Shown: positions 32,902 to 40,917 of the stretch, piece after piece
How the letters are laid out: every line of letters starts with the position of its first letter
Numbering within the stretch: position 1 is the first letter of the stretch
From: Candidatus Nomurabacteria bacterium
Lineage (GTDB): Bacteria; Patescibacteriota; Minisyncoccia; Phycocordibacterales; UBA1006
Assembly (NCBI GenBank): GCA_943357975.1
Contig: CALRGS010000001.1
Location: 1 to 59,136, forward strand
Direction of reading: 5' to 3'
Length of the DNA stretch: 59,136 nt
Position numbers and translations under genes: made by a program
The notes under the pieces: generated by a model
The model's database searches: none
What the model was told of the DNA's origin: nothing
The model's input: only the letters and a program-made list of their open reading frames with translations

Positions 32902-33324
32902 TTATACTAACCAAGTGAACACGAGTGCCCAAATGAGGAAGTTAATTACTTGATATCCTGCTGAAATCCCAAAAAGTTTGAGGGCGTCCTTGGTTGGGCG
33001 ACCATTCCAAAGATTGGTAACTATCAGGTGTGGTAATGTAAATCCTACAAAGATCACTCCGATAATCATAATCGCACTACCAAATGTCATCGCATTGAAA
33101 TTAAAGAGGAAGAGGAAGGTTACGAATGCCATTGCATATCCCGCAACCGTATTAATTGCCATACGGATATACATCGCCTTCTTCATCGAGCTGTCCATGG
33201 TCATCTTATCATCTGGCATACCTGAGGCTACTGCCCACTTACGCCCAAACAATGGACCGTGCCATACGTACCCCAAAATCAAATTAAGAACCGCTGCAAT
33301 GAGTGCTAGAAGAAATAAAGACAT
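32902..33324 (-). CDS. DUF1761-family membrane protein
   Basis: 140 aa with 4 TM helices and the GYVWHGPLFGRKW N-terminal signature. Confidence 0.7.
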   Translation of the reverse strand: MSLFLLALIAAVLNLILGYVWHGPLFGRKWAVASGMPDDKMTMDSSMKKAMYIRMAINTVAGYAMAFVTFLFLFNFNAMTFGSAIMIIGVIFVGFTLPHLIVTNLWNGRPTKDALKLFGISAGYQVINFLIWALVFTWLV

Positions 33325-33363
33325 GAAAGTTAAAAGTTAAATTATTAATGAAAACTCACCCAA

Positions 33364-33936
33364 CTATTCTACCACAACCGACTTCTTGCTACTACGAGAC
33401 TTTCGTGGCTTAGATGTTTTCTGGACGCTTTCCATATGAGCGATAAATTCAGGATCTGGAAATATTCGTAATCTGATGGCTCGCTCAATAAATGAAAGTA
33501 CTCCGAGTACGAAGAATGTAACCACCGCAACGAATAGTGCCTCGCGGAAGAGCCCGAACCCAATCGCCATACCGATTCCCGCGCACAGCCACATTCCTGC
33601 GGCTGTAGTCAGGTTTTCAATATGCCCATCTTTGAAAATAATCAACCCTGCACCGAGGAATCCAATTCCTACCACAATATTTCCAGCAATCAACGCAGGA
33701 TTAAAACTTCCTGGAAAAGTAGCGCCGTAGATTTCACCTATTGAAATAGAGATACTTACAAAGAATGCCGCTGCCATAGTAACCAATGCGTAGGTGCGCA
33801 TACCTGCGGTTTTGTGTGCATGAATTCTTTCGAGTCCTAATAGAATTCCCAATATCATCGCAAGTAACATTTTCACGATGAAAAAAATAAATGGCGCATC
33901 GAATACTTGTGTAATAATTTGATTGAAGATGATCAT
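33364..33936 (-). CDS. MgtC/SapB-family membrane protein
   Basis: GLERIHAHKTAGMRTYALV motif. ORF trimmed to ATG 33936, which sits 6 nt after a TATAAT. Confidence 0.8.
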   Translation of the reverse strand: MIIFNQIITQVFDAPFIFFIVKMLLAMILGILLGLERIHAHKTAGMRTYALVTMAAAFFVSISISIGEIYGATFPGSFNPALIAGNIVVGIGFLGAGLIIFKDGHIENLTTAAGMWLCAGIGMAIGFGLFREALFVAVVTFFVLGVLSFIERAIRLRIFPDPEFIAHMESVQKTSKPRKSRSSKKSVVVE

Positions 33937-34006
33937 GCGTTCATTATACACCTCCTCCAAATAAAACATAGTCTTCTTGTGGAAAACTATTTTTTATTTC
34001 TTATAT

Positions 34007-35056
34007 TTAGTACGGAAATTCTTGAACAAGTTCTCCAGAATAATAAAATTCATATCCGAGCTGTCCAAAATTATATTGAGTACCATTTACTGTAATCGGT
34101 GCACCACCTGCAGCAGGTTCCGGTTTTGGAATCGATCGATTGAACCCGAGATTATATAACGTAGAGAGCACATCGGGACGATTTGAAATATCATATCCTG
34201 AAGCTTTCCATTGAGTCGTTACTTGGCGCATAAACAATCCAGGATATAAATATGAGTAGTAAGGATTTTTAGTATCGGTAATACGATCAAACCTCATGGT
34301 TGTAGGATCAGAGCCTTCTGGATACGAAATTATATTTTCCATTTCCGGTCCTAGGTAAAATATCGAACCTTTATTTTTTAAATTTTCATCGATACGCGCA
34401 ACTGTTTCTGGTTTTAATCCAGCAATACCATACGAAAACTTAGACAGCGAGGCTAATATTTTTAACGGCTCAAAGTATGACTTGAAAGAATCACGCGTGC
34501 TGGTAAAAAATCTAAATTGTTCACCGATAATCCCCCCTAGTAACAACCTCGGGGAAATTCCTGCATCTAGTGCCGCTTTACGAATCAGATCCTGATCACG
34601 AATAAATGCAGACTTAAGTACTTGCCATTCATCAGAGTCTGCCCACGCATAGGCTGTTTGTACAATGGGGGTCATATCAGGAACAGAAACACGAGCGCAA
34701 TCTGTAAGGTTTGAAAAGAGGCTACTGTCCAAGAATCGCATCTGCGCCGTAGAAAACATTCGATTTACCAATTCCATATTCTGAGTTGTTTCATAAACCG
34801 TCTGGATCCTCTTAGCGGTCTCAGGCGCATAATTCGCAAGGGCATGTACCCTACACAAGACTACCGCTTGGGTATTATTATCATTTGCCGACTCGGCGAT
34901 TTGAGTGTTTTTAAAAAACGATGAATTACGTTCGGCAATGCTCCCTCGAACATTGGTCCAGCCGAGTTTCATGCTGACAAACACCCCACTGAATACAATC
35001 CCGATAATCGCAAAACATCCAATGAGAGTTTTTCCTACTGCTCCAAAAAATTTCAT
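34007..35056 (-). CDS. hypothetical membrane-anchored protein (349 aa)
   Basis: ORF trimmed to MKFFGAVGK... Its ATG overlaps the mnmA TGA (ATGA), suggesting translational coupling. Confidence 0.6.
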   Translation of the reverse strand: MKFFGAVGKTLIGCFAIIGIVFSGVFVSMKLGWTNVRGSIAERNSSFFKNTQIAESANDNNTQAVVLCRVHALANYAPETAKRIQTVYETTQNMELVNRMFSTAQMRFLDSSLFSNLTDCARVSVPDMTPIVQTAYAWADSDEWQVLKSAFIRDQDLIRKAALDAGISPRLLLGGIIGEQFRFFTSTRDSFKSYFEPLKILASLSKFSYGIAGLKPETVARIDENLKNKGSIFYLGPEMENIISYPEGSDPTTMRFDRITDTKNPYYSYLYPGLFMRQVTTQWKASGYDISNRPDVLSTLYNLGFNRSIPKPEPAAGGAPITVNGTQYNFGQLGYEFYYSGELVQEFPY

Positions 35057-36117
35057 AGCGAAAGTATACCACCACCCACACATACTTCGCCATCATAGAT
35101 GACCACTGATTGCCCAGCTGACAGTGAAAAATCTGGGTCGTCAAATAATACCTTGTCACCTTGGACGAAGCATGGTTTGAGTTCTCCATGATAACGAATT
35201 TGAGCTGTATACTTTTTATCGAATACCTCCTCTCTCCATACACAATCAATGAGGAGTATTTGATTTGAAATTTTTTGTTCCTGAGGGCTTTGCGATACTG
35301 TAATAGTATTCGCATCGATATCTTTTGCGATAACATAATACGGCTTATCATCTGGGGTTTTTTCTGTAATAGTAAAACCGTGGCGTTCACCTAGGGTATA
35401 AAACAATGCCCCCTCATGAGTACCAATAACATCTCCCCTCTCGTTTAAAACGTCACCATGGTTCGTTTCAATATAGTGAGAAAGAAACTCTTTCATATTA
35501 ATATCTCCAATAAAACAAATTCCTTGAGAGTCCTTTTTTGTTGCTGTGGGTAACTTATACTTCTCAGCAAGTTTTCTCACTTCGCTTTTTTGTAGGTGGC
35601 CAATAGGAAACAAGACGTCTTTTAATTGATCATTCGTAAGGGTCCACAAAAAATACGATTGGTCTTTGGAATTATCAACCCCCTTCGCAAGGTGCGGATA
35701 TCTCCCTCTTTTAGAGGGAGTCGACACAGCGAAGCTGTGCGGAGGGAGTACTTGCGCATAGTGCCCCGTTGCAACTACCCCACCATTTTTTCTTGCCCAA
35801 TTTAAAAATCCTCCAAATTTTACTTCGCGATTACACATCACATCGGGATTTGGCGTTCGTCCCGATTTATATTCACGAATCATATAATCTGCTACCCCTG
35901 TTTTATATTCTTGTTCTAAATCAAGCTCAACAAAGGGAATCTCCAAATGTGCGCACACGCGCATGGCATCACGCCGCTCATCTCGCCAAGTACACTCAAT
36001 CCAATCGGGTTGCCAGGTACGAATAAAGACCCCAATCACCTCGTGACCCTGATCTTTAAGGAGTGCTGCGACTACCGAACTATCTACTCCACCTGAAACC
36101 CCAACGAATACTTTCAT
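35053..36117 (-). CDS. mnmA: tRNA 2-thiouridine(34) synthase MnmA
   Basis: PP-loop SGGVDSSV, ..ATGHYA.., ..KDQSYFL.., ..GICFIG.. Confidence 0.93.
   Translation of the reverse strand: MKVFVGVSGGVDSSVVAALLKDQGHEVIGVFIRTWQPDWIECTWRDERRDAMRVCAHLEIPFVELDLEQEYKTGVADYMIREYKSGRTPNPDVMCNREVKFGGFLNWARKNGGVVATGHYAQVLPPHSFAVSTPSKRGRYPHLAKGVDNSKDQSYFLWTLTNDQLKDVLFPIGHLQKSEVRKLAEKYKLPTATKKDSQGICFIGDINMKEFLSHYIETNHGDVLNERGDVIGTHEGALFYTLGERHGFTITEKTPDDKPYYVIAKDIDANTITVSQSPQEQKISNQILLIDCVWREEVFDKKYTAQIRYHGELKPCFVQGDKVLFDDPDFSLSAGQSVVIYDGEVCVGGGILSL
35699..35750 (+). repeat. REP-like hairpin element, family B, copy 2, embedded in frame in mnmA
   Basis: ATCTCCCTC-TTTA-GAGGGAG..CACAGCGAAGCTGTG..GGGAGTA. It encodes VLPPHSFAVSTPSKRGRY within the loop between GHYA and KGVD. 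Confidence 0.7.
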
Positions 36118-36145
36118 GGGGCTACCGTATCATATTTGAGGCAAT

Positions 36146-36188
36146 AAAAAAAGCCCACTTTCTTTAATTTTTAAAGTGGGCTTTTTAA
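36146..36188 (-). terminator. intrinsic terminator after the 36191..36937 gene
   Basis: AAGCCCACTTT / AAAGTGGGCTT stem flanked by A/T runs. Confidence 0.7.
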
Positions 36189-36190
36189 TC

Positions 36191-36937
36191 TTAAACAATA
36201 TGCATGTCTTTGGGTTCTGATCCTACCTTGAGACCAAAAGATCCCTTTCTAAACTTTTTAACAATAAGTTCATGAACACGGCTCAAGAATTTTTCAGGTT
36301 GTCGCCTTAATTCAAATTCGTTCGTAAAAATAGTAGGAATCTTTGATGCTTTATTGCGAGCTTCTTGTACTGCACTCTGATTATTTTTTAAGTCAAAGGA
36401 CACCACCATCTTCTGATTACCAAATTTACACTCAAGGAAAAAATCTTCTCCGTTTTTATCTTCCGTGCTTGTCGATTTACGTACTGCAACAATAAGGTCA
36501 CTTTTTTGATCGACAATAACCGATTTTAAATAAGTAAAAGCAAAATATTCGGCATTGAAACCACGAACCCGTCTGAGTAAGTGTTCTAAGACCTGTTTTT
36601 GAATAAACACCTCGGCAGTATGAGCATCCACTACTCCATGAATGGTAACCTTATCTCTCCGAGAATCAATCTGTTTAAAAACAAGCGCTTCTTGTTTTGG
36701 ATTACTTGAATATGAAATCTTTAGCTCATATTCTTCACCGGTTACCAGCTGAATCTTAAACATAAACCCTCCGGGAAGATTATCTCTGGTTTCGGTAAAC
36801 TGTTTAATATATCTTTTATATTCCAGCTCTTCTAGTTGCTCACGTATCAAAAATACTACATACACTAAATCTTTAGAGCATTGACACAACAGAGCCAAGT
36901 TACTCCCTAGCCACCTCTTTTTCTTGGCCATAGTCAT
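36191..36937 (-). CDS. hypothetical protein (about 246-248 aa)
   Basis: ORF. TGtTATAGT promoter-like element about 35 nt upstream. No family recognised. Confidence 0.55.
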   Translation of the reverse strand: MTMAKKKRWLGSNLALLCQCSKDLVYVVFLIREQLEELEYKRYIKQFTETRDNLPGGFMFKIQLVTGEEYELKISYSSNPKQEALVFKQIDSRRDKVTIHGVVDAHTAEVFIQKQVLEHLLRRVRGFNAEYFAFTYLKSVIVDQKSDLIVAVRKSTSTEDKNGEDFFLECKFGNQKMVVSFDLKNNQSAVQEARNKASKIPTIFTNEFELRRQPEKFLSRVHELIVKKFRKGSFGLKVGSEPKDMHIV

Positions 36938-37014
36938 ATGGTTTTACATGTGAAGAAAATACTTCAAAAGCACTATAACACATTATTTAAAAAACACAAT
37001 ACCTTGGTTTATCT

Positions 37015-37554
37015 CTACTGCCCCATCAACTTTTTGAACACCTCGAATGTAGCCCGAATATCAGCGAGCGCATTATGAGCCTTTTCGTTCTTGATATCAT
37101 ATTTAGCACAGAGCGATTTCAAACTAAAACTTGTCATCTCCGGATCCTTTCTGAAACGCAAATAAGCTAGTGAAATCGTATCAAGTTTTGCAAAGAAAAA
37201 GGGGTCTTTAAGTCCGTGACGCATGAATCCTGCAACAAGGAATGAATAATCAAACGGTGTATTTTGCGCAACCAATACACAACCTTCACATTTTTGTGCG
37301 AGCATGGTAAATGCCTCCTTCTGAGTGTGTCCAAATAACCAATCCGCGTCATTGTAACGGTTAATACGTAACGCCTCAGCATCTGCAGTTTCAATATGAT
37401 CAGGTTTTACTTTTATTTCAAAGCTATCAAGTTCTACATAACTTCCCTTCTCGTCCAACTTTGCAAACAGACATCCAATTTCAATAACTTCCTGCGTCAG
37501 TGGATTGAACCCTGTTGTTTCCAAATCAATAAATGCTAACTTTTTTTCTCTCAT
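37015..37554 (-). CDS. DnaQ-like 3'-5' exonuclease (DEDDh)
   Basis: FIDLETTGFNP (Exo I), ..VAQNTPFDYSFL (Exo II), ..HNALADIRAT (Exo III). Confidence 0.8.
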   Translation of the reverse strand: MREKKLAFIDLETTGFNPLTQEVIEIGCLFAKLDEKGSYVELDSFEIKVKPDHIETADAEALRINRYNDADWLFGHTQKEAFTMLAQKCEGCVLVAQNTPFDYSFLVAGFMRHGLKDPFFFAKLDTISLAYLRFRKDPEMTSFSLKSLCAKYDIKNEKAHNALADIRATFEVFKKLMGQ

Positions 37555-37580
37555 AAGACTTCTATAATATCACAGGTTCA

Positions 37581-38570
37581 TTATTTCAAAAACTTTTTCT
37601 TGTTGTCTAAATGCTCTGCATAGGTTTTTGCATAACGAATAGTGCCGTCTTTCCCATGAAGGTAATATAGATACGGCGAGGCCTGAGGATAAATTGCAGC
37701 CTTGATCATAGCTATCCCAGGATTTCCAATAGGACCAACTGGCAACCCTTTGCGAGTATAGGTATTGTAGGGACCATCTTTTTGAAGGTCTGTCATTTTT
37801 AACTGCTCACTCGTCTTACCCAGGATATATAAAAATGGAGCGTCTACCTGCAAGGGTAATCCTGCGCGAATCCTTGTCCACAAAACCCCTGAAACAACCT
37901 TTGCTTCATCAGCATTTTTTGCTTCTTTTTCAAGGAGTGATGCCATAATAATAATTTGAGATTCAGTTTTTCCAGATACTGCAATATCTTTACGGAGCGC
38001 TCCTATCTTTTTCTCGTATTCATTTTTCAAGAGACCAATCATGGCATCCACCGTCATTGATTTAAATACTATATAGGTTTCAGGAAAAAGGTACCCTTCA
38101 CTTGTTTTTGTTTTAGCGAGAAACTCATCAGTATTCCATCCTGGAATTGCACGGGCAATAATTTTTGCAATTTCAACATTTGATGAACCTTCGGGAATTG
38201 TAATTTTGACCTGACTTCCTCCAAAATCTCCGCGTGTTAACATGCGCGCAACCGTGAACACATTTACCTTGGTATCAAATTGAAAATCTCCAGCGATAAC
38301 CCCTCTATGGTTCATGAGGCTCGTGATGACCGCCTGAAATAAACTACTCGATCGAATAACATGAGACGATTTTAAAATATTTCCTGCTTCTTTGGTTGAG
38401 GTTCCTGCGGGGATGGTTACTAATACTCCTGATACAAAATCACTCGGTGCACGGCCGGAAAAAATAACAGCCCCAAAAATAATCACTGCGATCATACCCA
38501 ATAGCAAACCAAACCGCGCGAAACTTCGCGGCTTCTCTTCCATGATAATTTTTGGGTATTGGTATTCCAT
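37581..38570 (-). CDS. mltG: endolytic murein transglycosylase MltG (YceG-like)
   Basis: ORF trimmed to ATG 38570, 1 nt after the upstream stop. N-terminal TM helix and the SEGYLFPETY motif. Confidence 0.8.
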   Translation of the reverse strand: MEYQYPKIIMEEKPRSFARFGLLLGMIAVIIFGAVIFSGRAPSDFVSGVLVTIPAGTSTKEAGNILKSSHVIRSSSLFQAVITSLMNHRGVIAGDFQFDTKVNVFTVARMLTRGDFGGSQVKITIPEGSSNVEIAKIIARAIPGWNTDEFLAKTKTSEGYLFPETYIVFKSMTVDAMIGLLKNEYEKKIGALRKDIAVSGKTESQIIIMASLLEKEAKNADEAKVVSGVLWTRIRAGLPLQVDAPFLYILGKTSEQLKMTDLQKDGPYNTYTRKGLPVGPIGNPGIAMIKAAIYPQASPYLYYLHGKDGTIRYAKTYAEHLDNKKKFLK

Positions 38571-38571
38571 A

Positions 38572-40059
38572 CTAAATAGGCAAGTTTGCTGGTGGTTCTG
38601 CCTTTTGCGCATCGATACGACCGAGGGCTGATGTTTCAGCAACAGATCCTGGGAAATGGAATAATGTTGCAAGCTCCTCTACGGAAAGTACTGATGTTTC
38701 TGTACTTTTAATCGTCTTGTTCACGAGTGGTTTGTCTGCAAACTCCTTAATGGCAACTGTCGCTCCCATTTCTGGTGGATAAAAGAATTCTCGTTTTACA
38801 TACCGCTTGAACATTTTTTCACGATTGGTAATTTTCTTGAGGTCTTTATAATCTTGCCAAGGATAATCAAATCCATCATCAGTCCCTGTATAGGCATCGA
38901 AACTGTTCAAGTTTGGCGCGTTGAATTGTTTGAATGCGCTTTTAATTTCTCCAAGTTTGTCTTTCTTAAAATTTGCACCTTTTCCAAGGTAGATAACACG
39001 AATACCTGTATCATAGGCATACTTGGTAAGTTTTCGTTCAACTACCTCGAGTCGAGCTTTTTCTTTTTCCGGAGCATCTTTAAATCCTGTATTCCAAATA
39101 CTAATTTCTCTAGGCTTTGTTGTATCAGGTGCGCCATCTTTCCCTTTTACTACAACTCTTTCTGTGGGATGATCTTCTTTGCGCAATTCTCCTCGCCAAG
39201 GAGCAAGGATCACTTGATCAATCCAATAACGACCCGCGTCTTGCCAACCAATAAATGGCTTCTCTTTTGCTTTTACGAGATCGGGGTTGGGATAATGAGC
39301 CCATGTTCCCTGAAGTACAAACTGAATCCAGGCCTGTTCCCCTTGACCAAGTGATCCGAGTGTTTGCAGGAGTGGCACAATGGGATCAATTTTTTGATTT
39401 TCTTCAAGCTGAAATGCTTTATCAAGTCCATAGTCAATATATGTTTTGATGGGAAGCGCATTATTCTCAAATTTTTTCTTATCTGGACCTACTTCAAATG
39501 TTTCCTTGAGTTTATATTCACATCCACGCAAATCCCACCCATTTCCCATTTTAAATGGCGGTACGTATTTCGTATAATCATCTACTTCCGTAATTTCTGC
39601 TTGAGGAAATTGTGCGTATAGTAAATTCTCTACCATTTCACGATTCTTGGGCTCGATTCGCATGAAGAAGTAGATACTTCCTTCAATGGATGCAATTTCA
39701 AGTGACCACCACAGCGGCCATTTTCCTAACCACATCGCGTCATACCATTTTCCAAAGTCAGTAATGAGGGTGCTCCATTTTGTATCAATACCTTTGGTAA
39801 ACAGTGGAGGCTTTGTTTCTCCCCACAATGAATTCAACACTACTTCTATAGCCGCAGGGCTTTTGAACACTTCCCTGGGAATCTTAATTTCAATCATCGT
39901 CCACTTGGCTTCTGATATTTTCAATTTTCGCACGTATTCCAACCACCAATCCTTTGCCACCCATAGACAAAGCAGCGGTGCCCAAATAACCGCCGTACCT
40001 ACAAAGATAGGCCATACAAATTCGCGGAGTATGAAGAGGATTGAATTAATGGGATCCAT
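38572..40059 (-). CDS. hypothetical membrane protein (495 aa)
   Basis: ORF with an N-terminal TM pair. TGgTATACT lies 9 nt upstream of ATG 40059. No family recognised. Confidence 0.6.
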   Translation of the reverse strand: MDPINSILFILREFVWPIFVGTAVIWAPLLCLWVAKDWWLEYVRKLKISEAKWTMIEIKIPREVFKSPAAIEVVLNSLWGETKPPLFTKGIDTKWSTLITDFGKWYDAMWLGKWPLWWSLEIASIEGSIYFFMRIEPKNREMVENLLYAQFPQAEITEVDDYTKYVPPFKMGNGWDLRGCEYKLKETFEVGPDKKKFENNALPIKTYIDYGLDKAFQLEENQKIDPIVPLLQTLGSLGQGEQAWIQFVLQGTWAHYPNPDLVKAKEKPFIGWQDAGRYWIDQVILAPWRGELRKEDHPTERVVVKGKDGAPDTTKPREISIWNTGFKDAPEKEKARLEVVERKLTKYAYDTGIRVIYLGKGANFKKDKLGEIKSAFKQFNAPNLNSFDAYTGTDDGFDYPWQDYKDLKKITNREKMFKRYVKREFFYPPEMGATVAIKEFADKPLVNKTIKSTETSVLSVEELATLFHFPGSVAETSALGRIDAQKAEPPANLPI

Positions 40060-40109
40060 AATGAAAATAGTATACCAAAAATTCCCCGTTGGGGGAATTT
40101 TTGGTCTTT

Positions 40110-40913
40110 CTAGAGAAGTAGCGTAATACGGTTTCCATCTCTTTCAAACTTACAATCTGGGAATTTCTGCTTCAACGTCCTCTCATACATATTTATTCGC
40201 AGTTTAGCAGCATCTTTTTTATCTGTGTCTCTACCGAGAGAGAACTCCGCACCGATATGTTGCATAAGGGCCGACAGGGTCTCTTTGTCATTTAAAAGCT
40301 CACTCATTTCAAACTCATCATCAATAAACTTCTCAACAGCACAAGTGTTAGCGCTTTGCCAAGTAGTATTTTCACCACTTACTCTTTCTTTAATACCCAA
40401 TGGTCTTTTGCCTGAGGTCTCAATGGTTATTTGACCATCCTTTATTCGTAAAGACTTCTTCCAATTCCCTATTTGTTTGATGTATGAAAAATTATCAAAG
40501 AGGTGCGCACCTTTTTCTGTTTTACTCTTTAAGAAATTCTTAAACTCTTCCATCTCATTTATTCGCAACTCTTCACCTGCAGCACCAAAGAAAATCCTAT
40601 TAATCTTCTCGTGACGTCTTGCGGTATTTATCAAAATAACAATATTCTCAATAATATGTTTGTAGGTTGCCAACCCCTTATTGGTAATAAGCATCCCATG
40701 TTTTGTATTAAACCCTAACTCCCATTCCCTATCCTGTTTTCTTTTGCTCAAATGAAACTCATACTCGAGCCCATCAATCATTTCCCTTTTCGAGAAATCT
40801 GTTGAACCAAAATCATTATCAATCTTTCTGGTCACCCCATTCTCAAGAGCCAATTCCTCAGTGGAAGGTTTCGGCTTTTTATCAAATATTTTTTCAAATG
40901 CTTTAAGGTACAT
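40110..40913 (-). CDS. hypothetical protein (267 aa)
   Basis: ORF trimmed to ATG 40913, just downstream of the smc stop. Confidence 0.55.
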   Translation of the reverse strand: MYLKAFEKIFDKKPKPSTEELALENGVTRKIDNDFGSTDFSKREMIDGLEYEFHLSKRKQDREWELGFNTKHGMLITNKGLATYKHIIENIVILINTARRHEKINRIFFGAAGEELRINEMEEFKNFLKSKTEKGAHLFDNFSYIKQIGNWKKSLRIKDGQITIETSGKRPLGIKERVSGENTTWQSANTCAVEKFIDDEFEMSELLNDKETLSALMQHIGAEFSLGRDTDKKDAAKLRINMYERTLKQKFPDCKFERDGNRITLLL

Positions 40914-40917
40914 ACAT

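Noticed and set aside
34926-35390. 154-aa minus-strand ORF overlapping the mnmA 3' end and the next gene.
   Set aside because: It is out of frame with mnmA, which is strongly supported, so it is a shadow ORF.
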